This document shows positions 46,204 through 57,100 of a DNA stretch of 64,000 bases, one piece after another. This DNA is from Macrostomum lignano (Eukaryota): contig NIVC01001291.1 in NCBI GenBank assembly GCA_002269645.1, positions 1 through 64,000 on the forward strand, read 5' to 3'. Numbering within the stretch: position 1 is the stretch's first letter; each line of letters starts with the position of its first letter. A model generated the notes under the pieces. That model saw only the letters and a program-made list of their open reading frames with translations. It was not told the DNA's origin and did not search any database. The position numbers were made by a program, and so were the translations under genes.

Positions 46204-46639
46204 TTTCCCACCCAGAAATGTAGTCGCTTTCTAGAATGGCAATTAATGTGATTTACGGCTTGTTACTTTTTACACAATAGAATTGCTGTAGCTGCTGCAA
46301 TGGTTTTATAAACTTTGTTGCTTCCAAATCATCGCTTTTAGTTGCATGCTCGATATTTGATTTTTTCCGGCTTTGTAGCGCATTTCATAGAAAGTCAAGA
46401 AGACAAGAGAAATATAACAAACCGTTTTTTTAAATGAGCGCTTTTGTTCGTTGCTTTCAAAATAGTAAAAATCTGAATTTTAATTTCTTCTTTCGTTTTA
46501 TTATTTTTCTCTGATTGATTTTGTTATTGAATTTACATAGCTCTATCAGTTTGGCGGTATGGACTGCAAACACATTGGATAAACACAGAATAAGCTGTGC
46601 ATGCATCCATGTTGACTAGGGAATCGCTTCATCTTCTGT

Positions 46640-47075
46640 CTCTTCACTCTCTCTCCGTTCACCCGCCTCTCTGTTCACCCGCCTCTCTGTTCACCCGCCT
46701 CTCCGTTCACCCCCTCTCTCTTCACCATATCTACCTTCATCCTCTTTCCCTTCACCCCTCTCCCTTCATCCCCTCTCTCTTCGCCCTCTCCCTTCACCCC
46801 CTCTCTCTTCGCCCTCTCCCTTCACCCCTCTCCCTTCACACCCTCTCCCTTCACCCCCTCTCCCTTCACCCCTCTCCCTTCACACCCTCTCCCTTCACCC
46901 CTCTCCCTTCACACCCTCTTTCTTTCACCCCCTCTCCCTTCACACCCTCTCTCTCTTCGCCATCTCCCTTCACCCCCTCTCCCTTCACCCCCTCTCCCTT
47001 CACCCCCTCTCCCTTCACCATATCTACCTTCATCCTCTTTCCCTTCACTCCTCTCCCTTCACACCCTCTCTCTTT
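46640..47075 (+). repeat. ~15-bp polypyrimidine repeat CCCTCTCCCTTCAC(A/C) immediately 3' of the ATE1 stop
   Basis: C/T-rich tandem tract. Confidence 0.9.
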
Positions 47076-47090
47076 CATCTCTGACCTCCA

Positions 47091-49863
47091 TCAGTCAACA
47101 AGCAGCCGAAAGCGAGAGGCGCACTGCTGCCCAGCCAGTCTGGCGAACCGCCGCAGCCCAGCAGAGTCCGAGGAGTCGCCAACCTCAGCGTCATCATCGC
47201 CACCCCCGAGGTCGGCATAGAGACCTCTGAGCTGACCGGCCTCAAGCCGACAGCGATAGTCTCTGTCAAATGGAAGCCAGCGCAGAGCGATGGGGCACAT
47301 GATCTGCGCCGGCTGAAACTCCGCCTTGTAGGCCAGCTTAACCGACAGCGGGGAGTATGAGCCCATGGTGTAGTGCCTCAGCCTCGGGTGCCCCTGCAGG
47401 CGGCGCAGCTGCAGCAGGGCGCTGACCTTGCCCAGCTGCAGGCGCTTGAAGGCCGGGTCGAAAAAGAAGTAGGCGGAGGAGACCGTGCTGAGGGAGTGTA
47501 GTTGAGGGGCGATTCTCAGTGTGGTTGAGGGGCGATTCTCAGTGCGGTTGAGGGGCGATTCTCAGTGTGGTTGAGGGGCGATTATCAGTGTGGTTGAGGG
47601 GCGATTCTCAGTGTGGTTGAGGGGCGATTCTCAGTGTGGTTGAGGGGCGATTCTCAGTGTGGTTGAGGGGCGATTCTCAGTGTGGTTGAGGGGCGATTCT
47701 CAGTGTGGTTGAGGGGCGATTCTTAGTGTGGTTGAGAGGCGATTCTCAGTGCGGTTGAGGGGCGATTATCAGTGTGGTTGAGGGGCGATTCTCAGTGTGG
47801 TTGAGAGGCGATTCTCAGTGTGGTTGAGGGGCGATTCTCAGTGTGGTTGAGGGGCGATTCTCAGTGTGGTTGAGGGGCGACTCTCAGTGTGGTTGAGGGG
47901 CGATTCTCAGTGTGGTTGAGGGGCGATTCTCAGTGTGGTTGAGGGGCGACTCTCAGTGTGGTTGAGGGGCGATTCTCAGTGTGGTTGAGGGGCGATTCTC
48001 AGTGTGGTTGAGGGGCGATTCTCAGTGTGGTTGAGGGGCGATTCTCAGTGCGGTTGAGGGGCGATTCTCAGTGTGGTTGAGGGGCGATTCTCAGTGTAAT
48101 TGAGGGGCGATTCTCAGTGTGGTTGAGGGGCGATTCTCAGTGTGGTTGAGGGGCGATTCTCATTGTGGTTGAGGGGCGATCCTCAGTGTGGTTCAGGTGC
48201 GATTCTTAATGTGGTTGAGGGGCGATTCTCAGTGTGGTTGAGGGGCGATTCTCAATGTGGTTGAGGGGCGATTCTCAGTGTGGTTGAGGGGCGATTCTCA
48301 ATGTGGTTGAGGGGCGATTCTCAGTGTAATTGAGGGGCGATTCTCAGTGTAATTGAGGGGCGATTCTCAGTGCGGTTGAGGGGCGATTCTCAGTGTGGTT
48401 GAGGGGCGATTCTCAGTGCGGTTGAGGGGCGATTCTCAGTGTGGTTGAGGGGCGATTCTCAGTGTGGTTGAGGGGCGATTCTCAATGTGGTTGAGGGGCG
48501 ATTCTCAGTGTAATTGAGGGGCGATTCTCAGTGTAATTGAGGGGCGATTCTCAGTGCGGTTGAGGGGCGATTCTCAGTGCGGTTGAGGGGCGATTCTCAG
48601 TGCGGTTGAGGGGCGATTCTCAGTGTGGTTGAGGGGCGATTCTCAGTGTAGATGAGGGGCGATTCTCAGTGTGGTTGAGGGGCGATTCTCAGTGTAGATG
48701 AGGGGCTGAGGGGAGTTTTTAACTGGCTGAGTGGCAGCTTTGAGAATGGCAGAGGCAGCTGCTAGTGTGGTCGCTCTGTCCCCGCCAACAAACCTGTCAA
48801 GAATGTCGATGACGTCAACGCCGATCAGGCGGCCATCCAGCAGCAGCTGGGAATGGTAGGATCCCTTCGGCCACTGGACGTCGGTCTCAGCCTCCGCCGC
48901 CTCCGCCGCCAGCGGACTGAGGCAGAGAAATCGGCGGAACTTGGCCTCGCCGCAGTCGGCCGGGGAGTCGCCGTGGACGGCGCACTGGTAGGCGGAGTAG
49001 CAGGCGTGTCCGGAGCTGATGGCCAGCTGGCTGTCCGACGGCACCAGGCGCCACAGGAGGCGACCGCGGCCGCCTGGACCGCCAATCATCAGCGGGTCGA
49101 CGAGTTCGGCTAGGCTGGGCGCCGACTGGCGGCGCTGGCGAAGCTCGCGACGACGGCGCCAACGGTTGGCGCGCTCGGCGAGCAGAGCGTCGGCGGATTG
49201 GCCGAGGGCGCCGGCTCGGGCGCGCAGTGCATCGAGTCCGGCTGACCAGCGCTTGTAGCGGGCCTTTCCGGGGCGCATCCGGCTGCTAATAAAATGTAAA
49301 ATATTTTCACTTCCGGTTTGATAGTTGGTTCCACTTCCGGTTTGATAGTTGGTTCCACTTCCGGTTTGATAGTTGGTTTCACTTCCGGTTTGATAGTTGG
49401 TTTCACTTCCGGTTTGATAGTTGGTTTAACTTCCGGTTTGATAGTTGGTTTCACTTCCGGTTTGATAGTTGGTTTCACTTCCGGTTTGATAGTTGGTTTC
49501 ACTTCCGGTTTGATAGTTGGCTCCCCTTCCGGTTGGCAAATCGGAATCACCAGCGGGCCCAACTGGCGCGCTGCCAAACAGAGCGCCGGCGAATCGCCTC
49601 AGACAGCGCCGCTGGCTCCGGCTAGGCCGGAACGCATCGACCAGGTGACGCATTGGGAACTTGGCGCAGCAGGTCAGGTCCGGCCGCAGCCGGTACACCC
49701 TGCTGGCGCTTCGACGCCAGCCGCGGTTTAACAGGGCCTCGTAGTCAGCGACAGTCAGCCGGCTGAGTGACACAATGTCGGAGAACCGACCGACGCCGCC
49801 GCAGAACTCGCAGCGAAGCGGCTGGAGCCGCCGACTGTAGTGATAAACACCGACCGATGCCTG
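47091..49863 (-). CDS. ATE1: Arginyl-tRNA-protein transferase 1; exons ~49863-(donor unresolved, ~49580), 49281-48794, 47487-47091
   Basis: RCEFC..YEALLNRGWRRS..TCC (N-domain); YQCAVHGD..FRRFLCLSPL, GSYH..LDGRLIGVDVIDIL|STVSSAYFFFDP..LGKVSAL..MGSY..KLAYK (C-domain). Confidence 0.9.
47503..48707 (+). repeat. ATE1 intron minisatellite, 23-bp unit TGAGGGGCGATTCTCAGTGTGGT (~52 copies)
   Basis: Tandem units filling almost the whole intron. Confidence 0.95.
49307..49535 (+). repeat. ATE1 intron minisatellite, 24-bp unit CACTTCCGGTTTGATAGTTGGTTT (~9 copies)
   Basis: Tandem units; the ATE1 reading frame stops inside them. Confidence 0.9.
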
Positions 49864-50517
49864 CTGAAAATGTCAATTGACATGCTTTTTAGACTACTGA
49901 TAGTAGACAACGCTGATATGCACCACAAGATTTATCCACAGGCGAACAGGCGCTTTAGCATGAGAAACATTACCTTAACCATGATTCCCCCCAAAGTATT
50001 GGAATTCGAAGGTCGATTATACGGTCATGTGTTTGCAGGAACGGGCGCAACGCCCCACAACCAGCGCACACACGGGTGTACAGCGGCCCTGACTGTCTAA
50101 TCATCCGGCATGTACACTCTCTCTGTGCCTTGGTGGCCTGCCCTCACGGCCAATTTTCGTGCACATCAGCCCCAAATGAATGTGGCCGCGCAAGGAGTCG
50201 AACCAGGGGCCGCGAAACTCGTGGGTTTGAAACCATGATTCCCCCCTCAGAATGAATATTGGAATACCAATTGTCAACTTATCCGCCTTGACAAGGAAAA
50301 AATCAATAATCCACAACCGAAAACGAGTCATAATGGTATTCAACGCAGTCAAAAAGTACAAATAAAATAGTGAGAAGTGAGGCAATTTTATTTAAACAGT
50401 TGCAAAAATCAAGCTATCATCATAGTAGTTGTAAGTAGAGCCGTCCAAATTAATCAATAAAATTCAAAGATGGAAATGCAGATCATTATCAGTAACTAAT
50501 TAAGTGATAAATAATAA

Positions 50518-52037
50518 CTAACTGGCCAGCCTGCTCAGCAGGAGTCTCACGGTGTCGTAGACGCCAAGAAACACGGCGCCGCCGATGGCAATCATGGCCG
50601 TTCGCGGCGCCGCCCCGGCGAACAGGCCCGGCAGGCCGCGCTCCGAGTGCACCGTGGACAGGGCGGCCAGCACGCTGCCGGAGGCCAGGCGGTCGTGGCT
50701 TGAAATGACAGGAGTTGAGAAGAGTTTCTCTGTGTTAAATTGCTTGCTGTACACTGGGTTGTAGGGAATTCAGATGGAGCATGGGGAATTCGTTTAAGCT
50801 GAGGGAAATTCAACCAGACTGCGGGCAATTCAGCCTGCCTACAGAGGGAATTCCGTCAGCCTACGGGGGGAATTCAGTCAGCCCACTGAGGGAATTCAGT
50901 CAGCCTACGGGGGGGAATTCAGTCAGCCTACGGGGGGGGGAATTCAGTCAGCCTACTGGGGGAATTCAGTCTGCCTACTGGGGGAATTCAGTCAGCCTAC
51001 GGGGAGGGGAATTCAGTCAGCCTACTGGGGGAATTCAGTCAGCCTACTGGGGGAATTCAGTCAGCCTACGGGGGGGGGGAATTCAGTCAGCCTACGGGGG
51101 GATTCAGTCAGCCTACGGGGGGAATTCAGTCAGCCTACTGGGGGAATTCAGTCAGCCTACGGGGGGGAATTCAGTCAGCCTACGGGGGGGATTCAGTCAG
51201 CCTACGGGGGGGGGGAATTCAGTCAGCCTACGGGGGGGGGAATTCAGTCAGCCTACGGGGGGGAATTCAGTCAGCCTGCTCTGCTCACCTCACAACCCCA
51301 AGGACACGCGCTTCTACTGGGGGAATTCAGTCAGCCTACGGGGGGGAATTCAGTCAGACTGTGGAGAATTCATTCAGCCTACAGGGGAATTCATTTAGCC
51401 TACGTGGGAACTCAGCCAATCTATGGGACACTAAGGTCTCGACCCGCAGTGCTCACCTGGACGCCAACATAATCCTAGTCTTGGCCACGTCCAGCGGGGT
51501 GGTGAGGAAGGCGGCCAGCCCGCCAGCGGCGAACCCGGAGGCGGCGGAGGTGGCGGGCTTGTCAGCCCAGCCCGGCCCGGCCAGAGCCTTCAAGGCCTCC
51601 CACAGCGGGAACTGCAGGCTGGCGAAGGGTAGCTCGCGGATGATGGTGCTGCGAAAGCCTCGGTAGAGTCCCGCCGGGCCCTCCTCGCGAAGGCAGTCGG
51701 CGAAGATCCGGTAGGGCCGACGGCCCAGCCGGTCGGTCTGGGCGCGCTGCTTCACCACCTCGCAGGGCACGCGGACGAGGCAGGCGGCGGCTTCGCCGAG
51801 GCAAGCGGCGACCGGCACAGGCAGTCGGCGCCGCTTGCCAGTGTCGTAGGTGACGAAGAAGACGGCGGCGCCCGGCATGGACAGCAGGGAGACAACGGAG
51901 ACGCCCTGGAAGAGGCCGCGCAGGCCGCCCGAGGACCAGAAGCCGGCGCTGGACTGGGCGCGGGTCTTCAGGGTGTCCAGCGGGTACAGGGACAGGTCCA
52001 CTAGCAGGCCCGCTGCGGCGCCGCTCAGCAGGGCCTC
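50518..52037 (-). CDS. SLC25A26: Mitochondrial S-adenosylmethionine carrier; exons 52037-51457 and 50698-50518; no in-frame ATG at the start
   Basis: Carrier signatures YPLDTLKTR, VPCEVVKQR, TPLDVAKTR; LYRGFRSTIIRELPF and GLFAGAAPR are typical of PET8/SAMC. Phase-2 splice. Confidence 0.9.
50810..51405 (+). repeat. SLC25A26 intron minisatellite, G(n)AATTCAGTCAGCCTAC, ~22-25 bp
   Basis: Tandem units with a variable G run. Confidence 0.9.
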
Positions 52038-52214
52038 CTGGCGCGGGAGATTTTGATGGGGAATTAATGGGGAGGAGAGTCTGGATCAGGAGTCTGAGCT
52101 GCATTCCCTATCAGCTGTTGGTTGTTCTTTTCTGGGCAGAACATATTGTAGTAGGAAAAATTTCACGAACCAGACCTAGATAGAGATAGAGACTAGACAG
52201 GGTGGCAGAGACAA

Positions 52215-53565
52215 GGACTGGATCAAACAGGACACACAGACCAGACTGGATCAGACAGGACACACAGACCAGACTGGATCAGACAGGACACACAGACCAG
52301 ACTGGATCAGACAGGACACACAGACCAGACTGGGTCAGACAGGACACACAGACCAGACTGGATCAGACAGGACACACAGACCAGACTGGATCAGACAGGA
52401 CACACAGACCAGACTGGATCAGACAGGACACACAGACCAGACTTGGTTAGGCAGGACACACAGACCAGACTGGATCAGACAGGACACACAGACCAGACTG
52501 GATCAGACAGGACACACAGACCAGACTGGATCAGACAGGACACACAGACCAGACTGGGTCAGACAGGACACACAGACCAGACTGGATCAGACAGGACACA
52601 GACCAGACTGGATCAGACAGGACACAGACCAGACTGGATCAGACAGGACACACAGACCAGACTGGATCAGACAGGACACACAGACCAGACTGGATCAGAC
52701 AGGACACACAGACCAGACTGGGTCAGACAGGACACACAGACCAGACTGGATCAGACAGGACACACAGACCAGACTGGATCAGACAGGACACACAGACCAG
52801 ACTGGATCAGACAGGACACACAGACCAGACTGGATCAGACAGGACACACAGACCAGACTGGATCAAACAGGACACACAGACCAGACTGGATCAGACAGGA
52901 CACACAGACCAGACTGGATCAGACAGGACACACAGACCAGACTGGATCAGACAGGACACACAGACCAGACTGGGTCAGACAGGACACACAGACCAGACTG
53001 GATCAGACAGGACACACAGACCAGACTGGATCAGACAGGACACACAGACCAGACTGGATCAGACAGGACACACAGACCAGACTGGATCAGACAGGACACA
53101 CAGACCAGACTGGATCAAACAGGACACACAGACCAGACTGGATCAGACAGGACACACAGACCAGACTGGATCAGACAGGACACACAGACCAGACTGGATC
53201 AGACAGGACACACAGACCAGACTGGGTCAGACAGGACACACAGACCAGACTGGATCAGACAGGACACACAGACCAGACTGGATCAGACAGGACACACAGA
53301 CCAGACTGGATCAGACAGGACACACAGACCAGACTGGATCAGACAGGACACAGATCAGACTGGATCAGACAGGACACACAGACCAGACTGGGTCAGACAG
53401 GACACAGACCAGACTGGGTCAGACAGGACACAGACCAGACTGGGTCAGACAGGACACACAGACCAGACTGGATCAGACAGGACACACAGACCAGACTGGA
53501 TCAGACAGGACACACAGACCAGACTGGATCAGACAGAACACACAGACTAGACTGGATCAGACAGT
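52215..53565 (+). repeat. 28-bp minisatellite CAGACAGGACACACAGACCAGACTGGAT (~48 copies)
   Basis: Highly homogeneous array upstream of SLC25A26. Confidence 0.95.
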
Positions 53566-53811
53566 TTAATGCAGACAGTCTGAGATATTGAATGACAAAC
53601 TCTGAGACCAACTGCTTTGACATTTCTAAAAAAATGAACCAAAAACTTCGGAGGTCTGAAGTCTACAAAATGTATTTGGGGTATGCAATGCAGAGCTGTG
53701 TAATTGAGCAAACAAAATGCCATCACGTGACACTGAATACAAGAGTAATGGCGAGTTGCAATCTATAAACAAAACAGTAGTTATGCAAGTCACGTTTGTA
53801 CTTATTGAAAA

Positions 53812-53992
53812 TTATTGAGGATAAAGATCCCATAACAATTATTTGAGGATAAATATCCCATAATCACTATTGAGGATAAAGATACCATTTAATTATTGAG
53901 GATAAAGATCCCATAATAACTATTGAGGATAAAGATCACATAACAATTATTGAGGATAAAGATCCCATAATCACTATTGAGGATAAAGATCC
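53812..53992 (+). repeat. ~27-bp minisatellite TATTGAGGATAAAGATCCCATAACAAT
   Basis: ~6 units. Confidence 0.85.
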
Positions 53993-54160
53993 CAAAAATC
54001 TTCACAATACCCTATTTTATTTACCCAAATAGCCAAAAGTCCCTATGAATACATTATTTAGATTCGATACGTGCATTTCTAAAATAAATGCGATTATAAT
54101 CCCATTCGATAATCACAATGAAAGCAATATTAATAATCAGTTAAAAGGGGAAAATTATCC

Positions 54161-57100
54161 CTAGCTCGACATGTCGAGCAGGCGCGCTCCGGCCCTGCGC
54201 ACAGCGGGATCCCGGAGCCAGTTGGAGTCGCGCAGACCTTCGGCCAAGTCGGCCAGCATCCGACAGTCGGCAGCCGCGGCGGAAGCGGCCGGAGCAGTCA
54301 GCCGGGCGAGGGTCTCGGCCACCAGCAGAGCCAGGCCGGGCGACGCCACGGTTGCCATTGGCAACAGGAGACGGCGGAGGACGGCGGCGCAGTCGGTCGG
54401 TTTGGCGAGCCACGACTGGCACTGCGACTGGGGGATGCGGGTGGGGGCGCGACTGGCAGCTGAGTGGCAATCTATGGATTAGTGGAAAAATACCCCCAAG
54501 GAATCAGAAAACAAGAGAAAATATCTAACAAATACCCCCTCAATCGATGAATGAATTCAAAGAAAATACCCCCCTCAATCAATGAGTGAATTCAAAGAAA
54601 ATACCCTCTCAATCAATGAGTGAATTCAAAGAAAATACCCCTCAACCAATGATTGAATTCAAAGAAAATACCCCCTTAATCAATGATTGAATTCAAAGAA
54701 AATAACCCCCTCAATCAATGAGTGAATTAAAAGAAAATAACCCCCTCAATCAATGAGTGAATTCAAAGAAAATACCCCCCTCAATCAATGAGTAAATTCA
54801 AAGAAAATACCCCCTCAATCAATGAGTGAATTCAAAGAAAATAACCCCCTCAATCAATGAGTGAATTCAAAGAAAATACCCCCTCAATCTATGATTGAAT
54901 TCAAAGAAAATACCCCCCTCAATCAATGAGTGAATTCAAAGAAAATACCCCATTAATCAATGAGTGAATTCAAAGAAATACCCCTCAATCAATGAGTGAA
55001 TTCAAAGAAAATACCCCATTAATCAATGCGTGAATTCAAAGAAAATAACCCCCTCAATCAATGAGTGAATTCAAAGAAAATACCCTCTCAATCAATGAGT
55101 GAATTCAAAGAAAATACCCCCTCAATCAATGAGTGAATTCAAAGAAAATAACCCCTCAATCAATGAGTGAATTCAAAGAAAATACCCCCTTAATCAATGA
55201 TTAAATTCAAAGAAAATACCCCCTCAATCAATGAGTAAATTCAAAGAAAATACCCCCTCAATCAATGAGTGAATTCAAAGAAAATACCCCATTAATCAAT
55301 GAGTGAATTCAAAGAAAATACCCTCAATCAATGAGTGAATTTAAAGAAAATACCCCATTAATCAATGCGTGAATTCAAAGAAAATACCCCCTTAATCAAT
55401 GAGTGAATTCAAAGAAAATACCCCATTAATCAATGAGTGAATTCAAAGAAAATACCCCCTCAACCAATGATTGAATTCAAAGAAAATACCCCATTAATCA
55501 ATGCGTGAATTTAAAGAAAATACCCCTCAACCAATGATTAAATTCAAAGAAAATACCCCCTCAATCAATGATTGAATTCTAAGAAACAACCCGAACCACA
55601 TGAGCGCAGAGGAAGTTCCCCCGGCACAAAGATCCCATCCGCACAGTTCCTCACCCTGACAGCGCTGATCAGCGGCTCCACCTGAGAGCCGGCGGCCGCC
55701 GACCCCTCCAGTCGGCAGCGGAGGTGCAGCAGCGCCAGGCCGAGCGCCTGCAGTCGGGCGTCGACTTTGCCGACCAGCCAATCGTCAAGCCGGTCTCCAT
55801 CAGCAGCCTGGGCGGCCAGCGTGGCCCGACAGTCCAGCAGGCCTCGGTCGCACAGCAGCTCCAGGGTCTGCAGGCAGCGGCGCCATCGATGGGAACCGCA
55901 GCGCTGATCCAGCTGGGATTGAACGTATTGAGGGGTCAATCAATGTAATTGGTTTTATCGCTTCTAGCACTGGCGCCAAAAACACCTGGGCATTGAGGGT
56001 TGGCGCCAAAACACCTGACCATTGAGGTGGGCGCCAAAAACACCTGATCATTCAGGGTTGGCGCCAAAAACACACCTGACTCATCACAATTGGCGCCTAA
56101 AACACACCTGACCCATCAAGGTTAGCGCCAAAAACACACCTGACCGATCAAGGTTGGCGCCAAAAACACACCTGACCGATCAAGATTGGCACCTAAAACA
56201 CACCTGACCGATCAAGGTTGGCGCCAAAAACACACCTGACCCTTCAAGGTTGGCGCCAAAAACACACCTGACCGATCAAGATTGGCACCTAAAACACACC
56301 TGACCGATCAAGGTTGGCGCCAAAAACACACCTGACCGATCAAGGTTGGCGCCAAAAACACACCTGACTCATCACAATTGGCGCCTAAAACACACCTGAC
56401 CCATCAGGGTTGGCGCCTAAAACACACCTGAGCTATCAGGGTTGGCGCCATGAACACACCTGACCCATCAAGGTTGGCGCTAAAGCACACCTGAGCTCTC
56501 AGGGTTGGCGCCATGAACACACCCGACCCATCAGGGTTGGCGCCAAGAACACACCTGAGCTATCAGGGTCGGCGCCATGAACACACCTGAGCTATCAGGG
56601 TTGGCGCCATGAACACACCTGAGCTATCAGGGTTGGCGCCATGAACACACCTGACCCATCAGGGCTGGCGCCATGAACACACCTGAGCTATCAGGGTTGG
56701 CGCCATGAACACACCTGAGCTATCAGGGTTGGCGCCATGAACACACCTGACCCATCACGGCTGGCGCCATGAACACACCTGACCCATCAGGGCTGGCGCC
56801 ATGAACACACCTGAGCTATCAGGGTTGGCGCCATGAACACACCTGAGCTATCAGGGTTGGCGCCATGAACACACCTGACCCATCACGGCTGGCGCCATGA
56901 ACACACCTGACCCATCAGGGCTGGCGCCATGAACACACCTGAGCTATCAGGGTTGGCGCCATGAACACACCTGAGCTATCAGGGTTGGCGCCATGAACAC
57001 ACCTGAGCTATCAGGGTTGGCGCCATGAACACACCTGACCCATCAGGGCTGGCGCGATGAACACACCTGAGCTATCAGGGTTGGCGCCATGAACACACCT

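Noticed and set aside
49110-49577. Coding KPEVKPTI repeat in ATE1
   Set aside because: Out of frame with both flanking ATE1 exons, so it is treated as intronic.
52202-53591. 382-aa repeat ORF; likewise the ORFs at 20380-21069, 28937-29404 and 59902-60633
   Set aside because: Translations of minisatellites lying in introns or spacers.
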